Shown here in pieces: positions 51,602-64,000 of a DNA stretch of 64,000 nucleotides (position 1 is the first letter of the stretch; every line of letters begins with the position of its first letter). The notes under the pieces were generated by a model. That model ran no database searches, had not been told where the DNA came from, and saw only the letters and a list, made by a program, of their open reading frames with translations. Both the position numbers and the translations under genes were made by a program. Source of the DNA: Okamejei kenojei (lineage: Eukaryota); the NCBI GenBank assembly GCA_035221665.1, contig CM069157.1:20770001-20834000 (forward strand). Reading direction: 5' to 3'.

Positions 51602-53084
51602 GTCAAAGAAGGAACTGCAGATGCTGGAGAATCGAGGGTACACAAAAGGCTGGAGAAACTTGGGTACGTCGAACAATCCTTGTTCTCGGCGTACCAGGGC
51701 CCCATCCCCGACCTCTACCTCCGTTACATCGACGACTGCTTTGGTGTCACCTCCTGCACCAACACACAACTGACTGACTTCATCCATTTCACCACCAACT
51801 TCCATCCGGCACTCAAATACACTTGGACCATTTCCGACATTTCCCTACCATTCCTTGACCTCACCATCTCTATTGCAGGTGATACACTCCTGACCGACAT
51901 CCACTACAAACCTACTGACTCCCACAGCTACCTGGACTACTCTTCCTCCCACCCTGCTTCCTGTAAGGACTCCATCCCCTATTCCCAATTCCTCCGTCTA
52001 CGCCGCATCTGCTCCCAGGATGAGGTGTTCCACACCAGGTCATCACAAATGGCCTAATTCTTCAGAGAACGGGGATGCCCCTCCCCCACTATAGATGAGG
52101 CTCGCACCAAGTTCTCCTCCATACCCCTCAACACTGCCCTCTCTCCCCATTCCCCCACTCACAAACAGGGCAGAGTCCCCCTGGTCCTCACCTTTCACCC
52201 CACCAGCCGGCAAATACAACACATAGTCCTCCACCAGTTTCGCCACCTCCAACGTGACCCCTCCACTCGCCACATCTTCCCCTCCCCCCCGTCTGCCTTC
52301 CGCAAAGACCGCTCCCTCCGCAACTCCCTTGTCAATTCTTCCCTTCCCTCCCGCTCTACCCCTTCCCCGGGCACTTTCCCTTGCAACCACAAGAAATGCC
52401 ACACTAGTCCCTTCACCTCCCCCCTCCACTCCTTTCAGGGACCCAAGCAGTCCTTCCAGGTCCGACAGAGGTTCACCTGCACCTCCTCCAACCTCATCTA
52501 CTGCATCCGCTGCTCCAGATGCCAGATGATCTATATCGGTGAGACCAAGCGGAGGCTTGGCGATTGTTTCACCGAACACCTCCGCTCGGTCCGCAGTAAC
52601 CAACCCGACCTCCCGGTGGCTCAGCACTTCAACTCCCCCTCCCATTCCGTATCCGACCTCTCGGTCCTGGGCCTCCTCCACGGCCAGAGTGAGCAACACC
52701 GCAAGTTGGAGGAACAGCACCTCATATTCCGCTTGGAGAGTCTGCATCCTCTGGGCTTGAACATTGAATTTTCTCAATTCTGTTAACCCTTGCTGTCTCC
52801 TCCCCTCATTCCCCCTCTCTCTATCTCTCTCCCCCACCCTAGTCGCACTAGCTTCTCATTTTCACACTACAAACAGCTTACAATGGCTTGTTCCCTTTAT
52901 CATCGATACTTTTTTGCATATCTTTCATTCATTGTTCTTTATCTCTCCACATCACCGTCTATATCTCTCATTTCCCTGATCCCTGACCAGTCTGAAGAAG
53001 GGTCTCGACCCGAAACGTCGCCTATCTCCTTCGCTCCTTAGATGCTGCTGCACCCGCTGAGTTTCTCCAGCCTTTTGTGTACCC
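51602..53084 (+). mobile_element. Penelope-like element (RT C-terminus + GIY-YIG) with inverted 5' tail segment, same family as the 26.6 kb copy
   Basis: YLRYIDDCF and FLDL..HYKPTD RT motifs (51680-52057); GIY-YIG C-terminus (52526-52786); one stop plus frameshifts. Inverted tail 51605-51660. 14-bp TSD aacagagaggaaga at 51588-51601 and 53085-53098. Nested in a Rex1-like 3' fragment. Confidence 0.93.
52992..53019 (+). ncRNA. Minimal type I hammerhead ribozyme core in Penelope pLTR
   Basis: CTGAAGA-A-GGGTC(TC)GACCC-GAAA-CGTC: CUGANGA and GAAA boxes, stem II, palindromic ACGU stem III and GUC cleavage triplet. Stem I is very short. Confidence 0.75.
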
Positions 53085-54374
53085 AACAGAGAGGAAGAAG
53101 TTTTTTCTGAGTCTGGTGGTGCGCACTTTCAAACAAAATATGTAATGAAAATATCTAATGTATGTACGAAATATCTAATGAAAAAGGTCGGCAAAATTAT
53201 TATATCCACACAAATTCCAAAGAATAGTACTTCATAGTAATTCAATGTGGACAATCCGTCTGAAGAAGGGTCCCAACCTGAAATGTTCTCAAGAGATGCC
53301 GAAGATAGACACAAAATGCTGGAGTAACTCAGCTGGTCAGGCTTCTTCAGACTCTATCTTTGGTGTAAACCAGCATCTGCAGTTCCTTCCTACACACTCA
53401 AGAGATGCTGCATGACGCGCTGAATTACCCCAGTGCGTTGAGTCTTATTTTACAGTCATTGAATGTTCCTTTGCCGAAGATTTCGGGAATCATGACCCAA
53501 CCCGGTTTTACTTGCGAAACTGTGCCAAACTTTGCCCACCTCCCTGGAGCCTTACAGTCAGCTCTGAAATAGGAATGATGCTCTGTGACTGAGCAAAAGA
53601 TTTGGTGTTCCAATTGCCTACACCCCACCCTGCTTTCTGTTCCCCTCTGCTTTGCAGAATGGTTTTGTTACCACTATCTCTTTTCTGCCATCAGCGTTCA
53701 TTTAAAGCAGAACATTGTGGGCACCAAGGTGAGCGAACAGACAGAAATCTTCCACTGCCGTCCCTCCTCGTGTTCCGGCTGCCTCAGTCTCTGCCGCAAT
53801 TCAGTTCGGATTTATCTCGCTACAATTCCTTTCTTTTTTTAAATTGGTTTTCCTGAAGCGGCGGATGCCCGACATCCTTCAGCTGACGAACATCATTCAG
53901 CACCGTGGCTCATTCCACACATTGGAATGCAGCATCGGTGCAGCATTAGTGTCCATCTCTTCAAGGACGTTCTCTCATTACCTTAACATAATGCTGCTTC
54001 AGCTGAGTAGAGCAAGCTGTAATCCGACACTAGTTGGAAGTGATTAAACATACAAGGGAAGCACACTGCAATGAGGCACAAACCGTTGACTGAACACTAG
54101 CTCCTGCCTGCAATCACCAGCGCACTTAATTCACCGTAAGTAACAACTACAGAATTGACAATGACAGTACAGTTACTCTTTTTTAATTTATTTTAAATGA
54201 TTGCTCAATTTAAGTTGTGCAAACACTGATCTCTCCACTTATGTCAAAAATATTGGATTTTAAATGTAAAACCACTTGTCTCATTTGGTTCAGTAAACTA
54301 GCCATTTTTATTAAAATATCTTCTGTGAGAGCCTTTGTTCATGTGGCAGTGACCTTGCCTCTGACTCAGAAGGT

Positions 54375-54940
54375 TATAGAACATAGAACAGTTCAGCACA
54401 GGAACTGGCCCTTTGGTCCACAATGTCTGGTGCTGAACATGATGCCAAGTTGAGCTCATCTCCTCTGCCTGCATTTATCCATATCCCGCCATTCCTTGCA
54501 TATCCATGCGCATATCCAAAAGCCACTTAAATGTCACTATCATATTTGCCTCCACCTGGCAGGATGTTCCAGGCACCCACCACCCTCTGTGTAAGAAATT
54601 TGGCCCGTATATCTCTTTTAGATTTTGTCTCTGTCACTTTAAAGCCATGTCCTCCATTCTTTGACTTTTCCACCTGGGGACAAAAGTTCTGACAATCCCC
54701 TTGATCTATGCCTCTCATAATTGTATACACTTATATTAGGCCTCCCATCAGTCTCAGCTCCAGGAAAATAATCAAAGTTTGCTCAACCCCTCCTTATAGC
54801 TGGTGCCGTCTAATCCAGGCAGACTTCTGGTAAACCTCTTCTGCACCCTCTCCAAAACCTCCACATCTTTCCTGGAATGCATCGACCAGAACTGCACACA
54901 ACATTCCAAATGCAAGCAAATTGAAGTCCTATAAAACTGC
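54375..54940 (-). mobile_element. CR1 3' fragment
   Basis: YTIMRGID..GHGFKV..TQRVVGAWNILP. Confidence 0.88.
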
Positions 54941-54949
54941 GACTGTCAC

Positions 54950-55310
54950 TCTTGTCTTTTCACCTCACCACATCAAGCACACCTTCCTGCTTGCTCCTCT
55001 TTCCCCCGTTTAGAGTTCCGCAGGAAACGGCACGATACTTACACGTTTTTTTTAGTCAATGCTCACACTACAAGCGTGTCTACTCTGGGCAAGAGCAGAT
55101 ACAGATTGGATGCCTGCTTCCCAATCTGCAAGTGAACATATGGCCTCTTGACATTTTGACTTTTCGACTGTGTCCCACTCTGGTCACTGTCCCTTGCTGC
55201 ACACACTGTTCCACTGCTCAATGGACTCCCGAGGAACAACATCCGTTTTTATTTCACCACTTTATAGCCCTCTGGACCCAGCACACACTGAATTCAGCAG
55301 TTTCAGGTTC
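54950..55310 (+). mobile_element. Highly degraded Penelope GIY-YIG fragment
   Basis: gaggaacaacatc (EEQH) and a downstream ctgaattc match the PLE C-terminus. Confidence 0.5.
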
Positions 55311-56394
55311 TAAGTATTGCTCTCATTTTAATGGACAACAGATGCCAGTAATGATTCTAAAATCTATGATTACACCCCTCTGGAGCTCTCTTCTGTCCTC
55401 CTACCTGTTCCATCAACTTCCCCTTTCATCATCCGTTTTCTCATTTCATCTCGGCTGGCTTTCATCTCAATACATATTTTCCCATTTTTCTTTCCTTCCC
55501 ACTGTACATGCATGAAGGCTGTCAGGTTCTAAGTTTTATTGCTTTTGACAGAAGGTCATCAAACTGAACTGTTAATTTGTTAATTAAAAAAAATATTATG
55601 CAGAAGATAGACACAAAATGCTGGAGGAACTCAGCGAGATAGGCAGCATCTCTGGAGAGAAGGAATGGGTGACGTTTCGGGTCGAGACCCTTCTTCATCT
55701 GCATCTGCAGTTCTTTCCTACACAACAATAACATGCAGTTAAGTTTAGTTTGTTGTCACGTGTACCGAGGTACAGTGAACAGCTTTTGTCGTGTGCTAAC
55801 CGGTCAGAAAGGCAATACATGATTACAATCCATCCATTTACAGTGTACAGATACTTGATAAGGGAATAACGTTTAGTGCGAGGTAAAGCCAGCAAAGTCC
55901 GATCAATGATAGTCCGAGGGCCACCAAAGAGGTAGACAGTAGTTCAACACTGCTCTCTGGTTGTGGTAAAACGATTCCCGGAACTGCTCCTCAGAATTCA
56001 TGTACTTTTCCTTGCAGATTCACTGCGTATGTAGCAGACTGTAACAGCATCTGTAAGATCGTGACCTCTTCTCCCAGCCTTTCCACTCCCCCAGCTTTCT
56101 TATCCCAGAAGCAACGTTAACGTAACTGAACAAGCTAACAAATATCTGTTCAGAGCAGCTGTTAATAGAGTGAATTAAACAACTTCTTAAAATAATGTCA
56201 TTGAAGGATCTTCGAAGTCTGTTTGTAATTCAAGTTTCTAAATGAAATTATCAAGCCATGTAAATGCAATGCTATACAACTAGCATAAAATCCATAGTGA
56301 ATTATCTTTCTGTCAACTAATTCAGGTGCTAATTAAGCTATTTTTACATATAATATGAGGAAGGACGTCTAGCCATTAATTGAATACTCATGCT

Positions 56395-57030
56395 AGAATC
56401 GTAGAGTCATACAGCATTGAAGACCCTTCAGCCCAACTTGCCACGCCAACCAACATGCTCGATCTACATTAGTCCCACCTGCCCGCGCTTGGCCCAGATC
56501 CCTATAAACCTATCCTATCCATGTACCTGTCCAAATGTCTCTTAAACTTTATGACATTACCTGCCTCAACTACCTCCTCCAGCAACTCGTTCCATACACC
56601 CACTACCCTTTGTGTGAAAAAATTGCCCTTGAGGTTCCTATTAAATCTTTCTCTCCTCACCTTAAACCTGTGTCCCCTTGTTCTTGATTCCCCTAATCTG
56701 GGCAAAAGACTGTGCATTTACCTGATCTATTCCTCCCATGATCTTGTACATCTCCATAAGATCACCCCTCAACTTGCATTCTAAGGAATAAAGTCCAAGC
56801 CTGCCTAACCTCTCCCTGTAGCTCAGGCCCTCAAGTCCTGGTAACATCCTCATAAATCTTCTCTGCACCCTACCCAGCTTGACACCATCTTTCATACAGC
56901 AGTGTGACCAAAACTGAACACAATACTCTAAATATGGCCTCACCAACGTCTTATACAACATGACCTCCCAACTTCTATACTCAGTACTCTGACTGATGAT
57001 GTGCCAAAAGCCTTCTTGAACACCCTATCT
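56395..57030 (-). mobile_element. CR1 3' fragment
   Basis: [18 protein letters not shown]; TRGHRFKV..FFTQRVVGVWNEL. Confidence 0.92.
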
Positions 57031-58218
57031 ACTGGTGGTACTGTTGGTAGATTGATTACTTAATATCTTCACATCCCATTTGCACATACAAATATATATA
57101 TACTGTCAATGGATTTTGTCAATGTACATTAAAGAATTACAGGCCAGATCCAGGGAAGGTTAATAACCATGAGACTATAGCCAAGAAGAGTGCCTTCTAG
57201 AGAGACTGGGAAAGACAGACTGGATCATTAGGAAATATATAAGGATGAATGAAAATATTAGCGTCTGCAGCTTTTCTAACAAAAATGACTGAAATATAAG
57301 TAGTGAAATATAATATTCGCATGCCTGTCTGATATGAAATCTGGATTTAATGCCATATCAATTTCATGACTAATTTCTATAGTTCATATGGATGCAATCT
57401 ATGTGGAGTTTGTACGTTCTCCCTGTACCACGTGAGTTTTCTCCGGGTGCTCTGATTTCATCCCACATTCCAAAGGCATGCCGGTTTGTACGTTAATTGG
57501 CTTCTGTAAATGGCCGGCGTGGACCCCGTGGGCTGAAGGGCCTGTTTCCATGCCGTATCTCTCAAAAAAAAATTTATCCAAAATATTTCTAGCCACATCT
57601 ATCCTATTTGTCAGGTCCATCCCATAACAAAGCCAAAATCACTCAGAAAAGTTACTATAAGCACTGGGATTTATTTATTTGCTCAAGTTATTTTTTGCAG
57701 GATCTACCTGATAAGCTTGAAAGCTCGTTTATTCTGAGCTTGTGCCCAAGGACAGCAAACAAAGACAAGGAGAGTTAGTGTTATCTGCTAGAAATAAGCT
57801 GCAGGCTGTATGCTTTCTGGAACAATTATCACAGCCGATGTGGTGTGCTCATTTGGAAGCTATAGCACAAGGAGTTTCAAAGTTATCTGGGAGTAGTGAC
57901 ACTGCAGGCGTGATCCGAGGGTACTGTAGAAGGTATTGTACCATTAGAGTGCCATTCACTCCACCAAACCAATACAGGGACATCTGCCTGGAAATTCCGT
58001 CCTGGTCGGTAGCAGCATACATGCGATACAACAAAGATATGCGGCAGGGGCGGCATGGTGGTGCAGCGGTAGAGTTGCTGCCTTACAGCGCCAGAAACTC
58101 GGGTTCGATCCTGTATGGAGATTGTATGTTCTTCCTGTGATCTGCGTGGGTTTCCACCGAGATCTCCCCACATTCCAAAGACGTACAGGTTTGGCTGGGC
58201 ATAAATGTAAAAATTGAA

Positions 58219-58818
58219 TATAGGAATAGGGAAGTAATGTTAAAATTGTACAAGGCATTGGTAAGACCAATTCTGGAGTATGGTGTACAATTTTGGTCGC
58301 CTAGTTATAGGAAGGATGTCAACAAAATAGAGAGAGTACAGAGGAGATTTACTAGAATGTTGCCAGGGTTCCAGCAACTATGTTACAGAGAAAGGTTGAA
58401 CAAGTTAGGTCTTTATTCTTTGGAGCGCAGAAGGTTAAGGGGGGACTTGATTGAGGTCTTTAAAATGATGAAAGGGATAGACAGAGTTGACGTGGATAAG
58501 CTTTTCCCATTGAGGGTAGGGAAGATTCAAACAAGAGGGCATGACATGAGAATTAAGGGACAGAAGTTTAGGGGTAACGTGAGGGGGAACTTCTTTACTC
58601 AGAGGGTGGTGGCTGTGTGGAATGAGCTTCCAGCAGAAGTGGTGGAGGCAGGATCGATTTTAACATTTAAGAGTAAAGTGGATAGGTATATGGACGTGAA
58701 GGGAATGGAGGGGTATGATCTGAGTGCAAGTAGATGGGACTAGGGGAAAACAAATGGTCGGCACGGACTGGAAGGGCCGAGAGGGCCTGTTTCCGTGCTG
58801 TAATTGTTATGTGTTATA
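58219..58818 (+). mobile_element. Young CR1 3' fragment nested in a V-SINE (58045-58218 and 58820-58930)
   Basis: Uninterrupted 168-aa ORF2 C-terminus at 58237-58743; SINE continues on both sides. Confidence 0.92.
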
Positions 58819-59359
58819 TGGTTAAATTGTCCCTTATGTGCATAGGGTAGTGTTAGTGTACGGGGATCGCTGGTCAGTGCAGACTTGGTGGGACGAAGGG
58901 CCTGTTTCCACGCTATATCTCGAAACAAAACACTTAAATTAACAGTTTGCACTCAGCTGCCAGATTGCATTTGAATGGAACGATTTCATACACCTTCTAA
59001 CAAAACCATGCAGTACACTAAAATGCCAAGTTGCGGTGAATTTTTAAACAGCCCTTGGTATATTAGGGTTAATCCAGTGTGTTAACGACACTGCAATACC
59101 ACAACACTTGTGAGATACTTGTAGTCAGCTTGAGAAAGGGAAAGGAAAACTTAATTCAAGTTTTTTCCTCAACTTCAGGACATCCCAAATTATTTCCCAG
59201 TCAAATACTTTGGGTCAGTAGTCGCTGTTGGAACATAAAGCTGGACCAGTGAAGCTGAAGCCTGCGTTCTGTTCTGCAGCGCTCTTTGGTCCAGAAGCTA
59301 AAGTTTCAATTCACTGGCACTCAGTACTACTTCAAATTTAATCTTACATTTGAGCATAA

Positions 59360-59887
59360 AGGGGCAGTCCCACTGTGGCGACCTAATTGCTGAGTTTAGA
59401 AGAGTTTGCCCTTGACTCATACTCGCAGCATGGTCGACACGAGGTCCTAGGAGGTCTTTGTAACTCTCCTTCATGATAGAGTAGTTCCCGGGTAGTCGGG
59501 GCCTCAGCTAGGTCACGGCGCATTTTCCAACATGCTGAAAAATGCCCGTGAGTAAAAAAAGGTCGCCATGGAAAAAAATCGATTTTCTTTTACTCGTAGG
59601 TTTAGTCGAAGTAGGTCGTAGTAGGTCGGCATGTTATTCGTAGGTAATTGGGGGTACTCGAAGGTAATCAAAGGTAATCAAAGGTAATCGTAGATAGTCT
59701 TCAACATAGTCAAAGGGAGGTCGAAGGAGGTCGTCTTCACTCTCCACTATTCCGTGTCCAATTTTCCCGAAGCTAGTCGAAGCGAGTCTTCAACATAGTC
59801 GAAGGAGGTTTTCAACATGACATTTTTTCAAACTCTCCTAAACTCTTCTAAACACGCCAATTAGGTCGTCACAGTGGGACAGCCCCT
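59360..59887. mobile_element. PIF/Harbinger-type MITE (528 bp)
   Basis: AGGGGCAGTCCCACTGTGGCGACCTAATT...AATTAGGTCGTCACAGTGGGACAGCCCCT termini; TAA TSD at 59357-59 and 59888-90; internal tcgaagg/taggtcg microrepeats. Confidence 0.88.
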
Positions 59888-61967
59888 TAAGGATAACACA
59901 AACCAACCTCCCTTCCATTGACTCCATGTACACCTCACGTTACCTCGGCAAGGCCAGCAGCATAATCAAGGACCAGTCACACCCAGGCCATTCCCCCTTC
60001 TTCTCTCTCCAATTGGGTAAAAGGTATAGAAGTTTAAAAAACCTGTCCAGATTCAGGGACAGTTTCTTCCAATCTGTTACCAGGCAACTGAAGCATCCTA
60101 CCAACAATCAGCAAACAATCCTGAGCTACTAGTTACCTCAATTGGGACCCTTGGGCTATCTTTGATTGGAATTTACTGGACTTTATCTTGCACTAAACAT
60201 TTTCCGTAATTATTCCCTTTATCATGTATCTGCACACTGTAGATGGCTCGATTATAATCACGTATTGCCTTTCCACTGACTGGAACAAAAGCATTTCACT
60301 CGGTACACGTGCCAATAAACTAAACTCATACGAAACAGAAGTAGGCCAATTAGCCCCAAAGCCCGCTTCACCATCCACTAAGATCAGGACTGATCCAATT
60401 TTGGTCTCACCTTCATTTTTGTACCCTCTTCCCATAACCCTTACCTCTCTTGTGGTTTAAATGTCAGTCAATCTCTTTCCTAAATACATTATCCTCACAT
60501 CTCAGAACAGTTTCAAAGATTCAAAGATTCACCATCCTCTGAAAGAGAAAGTTCCCCCTCATCTCCATCTTAAATGGCCAATTCTCACTCTGATACAATG
60601 CCCTCTAGTTTTAGATATATTCACTGGAGAAACAACCTTTTGGCATCCACTCTAACAATTCGATAATCTCTGATCATCCTGTACTGCACAGCGTCTACCA
60701 ACATCTTGCATACTGACTTAATTTATTAACATCCCTTGCAGGCTTTTTGTGTCTTCCTCACAATCTGCTAACCTGCCTACCTTTGCATCGTTAGCAGATT
60801 TGACCACAGTATACTCCTTCCCATCATCCAAGTCTAGCACTGATCCCTCTGCCACCAATTAGCTACTGACTGCCAGTCTGAAAATAGCTAATTTACACAA
60901 GAGTATAAGAGCACCAAGAATAATCCAACAGAAGAGGCCAATAATGCCCTTGTTTGCTCCAGTATTCAGTATTATTATTTCTAAGCATTGATGCCTTTTC
61001 TGCTCTCTCTTACTATCTCTTGACCCACTGCTCATTTAATTGTCTTTTAATCCCTTGTACATTCTCCCGCTTCTGTAAATTGTCCCTAGTGTGTAGGACA
61101 CAATATATTTTGCATGACATCGCCTCCACAACTTTCTGGGGCAAAGAATTCCAAGGATTGATGACTCACTGAGATAAGATATTTCTCCTGATTTCTGGTG
61201 GAAATTGATGACCACTTATTCTGAAACGATACCGCATAGTAAGTAAGTCCACTCGAAGAAACAATCTCTCAGCATCCATTCTGCCAATTACTCACAGAAT
61301 CATAAATGTTTAAATGGTCAACTTTCAATTTTCAAAACTCAAATGAGTAAAGGCTCAATCAGCTCAATCTTTCTTAATGAAAGAAAGTCAACTAACTCTT
61401 CCCAAGACAACATAGTTAACTTTCTCTTCTAATAGCTACTTTGTGCAACCCTGTGCACTCAAATGCTTTCTGAAAATCCAAATAAAGTATATTTACTGGT
61501 AAAAATAGACACAAATTGCTGGAGCACCTCAACAGGTCCAAGGGTTTGTCAGGTTTTTGCCCTGTTAATCTGCCAAGTACTTTTTGTTCTAGTTATAGAG
61601 AGTTTTGAAATTTTGAAAGAGACTCTTGAGTATCTAATTCTATTGGAATATTTTTCAGTGCCTACTACCATGAAGACCAATTTCAAATAATAATTTAGAA
61701 ATCTTGCCCTTTCTCTATTTCCCATTATTAATTCCGTAGTCTATGGTTCAAGGGTGGAGCCCACACTGGCTGCATCAATAGATTACGGTATGCAGGTGCA
61801 TAAAATATGTACTGCAGCCAGGCAATAGTTCTATGTGCTAGCGTTACTCTGCGTTATTCCAAATCTGATCCTTGCAATGCTCTTGAAGTGAAGATACAAA
61901 TATAATAATACAATACAATGAACTTTATTTTACTTTTAGAAACTTTGGTTTTGATTTGGTTTAATAA

Positions 61968-62338
61968 CATGCTAGTAACATGTTTGTGGGTGCAGGAGTC
62001 AGTACTTTAGAAGCTATCCTAAGAAATCATATGTATAAATTCATTTGCAGGATAAATGACTCTAAAAATGTAATTATGGTGACCTTGTTAAACATAAGGT
62101 TTAGCACTACGCGCTACGAATCCCAGTTGTGGAGACACTGGTATCGTTGTAGGACATTGATCATTCTTTTTTATTCTGGATTCTAATTCATGTATTGTTT
62201 TTTTTTTAATATATAATTTATGATGCTTTTGTAAGTGATATACTAAGATTTTATATGTATTTGATGATGTTTTTATATGCAATGTATTTTTATGTAATGT
62301 CCCTTGTCTGGACCTTGAGTCCGAAATAAAGTTTATTA
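61968..62338 (+). mobile_element. RTEX-like LINE 3' end
   Basis: MFV..V.T..AILRN.MYKF.CR..DS.N.I....S.LW.HW C-terminal signature, AT-rich UTR and aataaa tail. Confidence 0.6.
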
Positions 62339-64000
62339 ATAAATGGTTACTATTATTTCTGGAAACTAAAGATGCAGAAGATTTAACAGTATTTGTCATT
62401 GTCTATACTTGACCTGCATCCATGGGCCACTGCAAGAAAAAAAATAGCTCTTCTAAGTATGTCCATATTGTCAAGCTCAATAGAACATCGAGTTTCCATT
62501 CTCTACAGAAGCCATGTTGTACATACCGCATATGGACATATATGTTGTACATATGTTCTTTATGTTAGATTCATTCAGCTGCACCCGTTCCAAAAGCATA
62601 TTTGTGCCTTAGGTTTGTGCCATTCATAAAAGTCACAGCAGTTAAATGAAATAGATTCTAAAGATTTACATTCAGAAATAATCAATGTAGATCATCCCTG
62701 CCTTGGAACTTGAAAGTCAAATGTAATTTAAAAAAGTAAACCATCACGGGCATCTCTGCCTCTGTATATTTTTTCCAAGAAATGTCCTGAAAAGCAGACC
62801 CCTCGATCAATGTTATTTGTTGACACAAAACTGCACTTGCCTGTAAAGGTAGGCTGCTAACTGAATTACAAATTTATATTTTGGACAACAGGAACGGTTG
62901 CATGACAAAGAGTCAGACTCCTTCAGCTGTCGGTATGAATCTGCTGCGCTACCAGTTAGCAAACAGCACTGTTTAAGGCTGGAAAAGATATGCTAGCTTT
63001 GCCCTTCAAATTAATCTGTGGAAAAGGGCACAGAACACAAGGCCAGTTTAATGGGTTTTCACTTGCAAGACTTTTCCCTTCATTCATCTCAGTGCCCACT
63101 CATGGATGCGCTCCTTATTCAAAGCATAATGACCAAGACCTTTTCACTTAAACAACAAAAACAACTGTCGGGCTTTCTCCACATAATTGGGTGAAAGTCC
63201 TGACCTTTAGCTCACTGGTTTCTTGGTATGAAGGCAATGGTGCTCCACTGTGACACCCTTCATGGAGTCCCGTGAAGAAAGGTAAACCTCTGCAGATTTT
63301 CCAGCGACTGCAGAAAATGGACGTAAAGTAAATATCATTATTTTCCTTCGCTTAAATTGATTTAATCGCCAGTTTCCCCGTTTTTAAATAGATTCTAATT
63401 GTTGAACCTTTTTAAACAGAAGGTATAATTTTTAATAACTTTTCCATAGTTGTTTTGAATGTTTATGAATGTGAAGGACTTTGAATCAGAGCAGGCCCGC
63501 AACTTGGTTTTGGAGCCATTTCGCTCCCAGATTGGACTATATTTGGGACGGTCTCACAAGTTCTGATGCGAGTCAGATTCCTGTGGAAAGTCACACCCCA
63601 TCCTGGGACGGCTTCCAAATGAGATCAAAACTTAAAGGCAGATGATCAATGTGTCGAAGGGAAAGGTCTTGAAAGAGAAAACCATGACTTCTGGTCACAA
63701 CATAGAAGGAAAGTACAGGCACAAAATTGGATTGGACTGTAAAACAGGTGCTACGATCGCAAGGCACAATCAATTTGCATCTGATGATGCTTTGCGGACC
63801 ACACACAAACTGAAACCTGCCAAGTGCGGCATTCAGACCTTTAGTTTATCCCCTTGAGACCAAGTACTAGGTATATTAGTGAGAATTAAGGCTATCCTGC
63901 AGCTCTTGAAGGGAAGATGCTTTGTTGCTGGAATCTGTGGGGAATTCTTTGCAAGGTCTTTAGGAGCTTGCTGGAAAGTCACGCCAAGTGACACATCGTT

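Noticed and set aside
58045-58112. tRNA-like sequence (also at other SINE heads)
   Set aside because: Continues into the V-domain, so it is a SINE head rather than a tRNA gene.
1290-58930. Minus-strand excess of V-SINEs (about 11 vs 5) as an indicator of host gene orientation
   Set aside because: Sample too small to be informative.

Overview
Eukaryotic, repeat-rich and gene-poor DNA. The HE1-like V-SINEs, HER1/CR1 LINEs and Penelope-derived repeats point to a cartilaginous fish, probably a skate or ray (inferred from repeat content). No host protein-coding gene could be confidently identified; there are only a few weak splice-site-bounded micro-exon candidates, mostly on the minus strand. 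Main feature: a structurally complete ~5.3 kb DIRS1-type tyrosine-recombinase retrotransposon (39717-45053, minus) with ITRs, an internal complementary region, gag, RT-RNaseH-DNA adenine methyltransferase and an open YR ORF. Also present: two young Penelope-like (RT/GIY-YIG) copies with 14-bp TSDs; roughly 25 short Penelope-derived units carrying minimal hammerhead-ribozyme cores, many as fold-back palindromes; four PIF/Harbinger-type MITEs sharing a TIR motif; a TAG...CTA-terminated TIR element; an internally deleted Gypsy element with a tRNA-Trp PBS; many CR1, Rex1/Babar and RTEX fragments; a 134-N gap; and an ungapped 102-nt inverted pair in apparently unique sequence (3092-3815) that may form an RNA duplex. 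Family assignments come from motif recognition, not database searches, and boundaries of degraded repeats are approximate.
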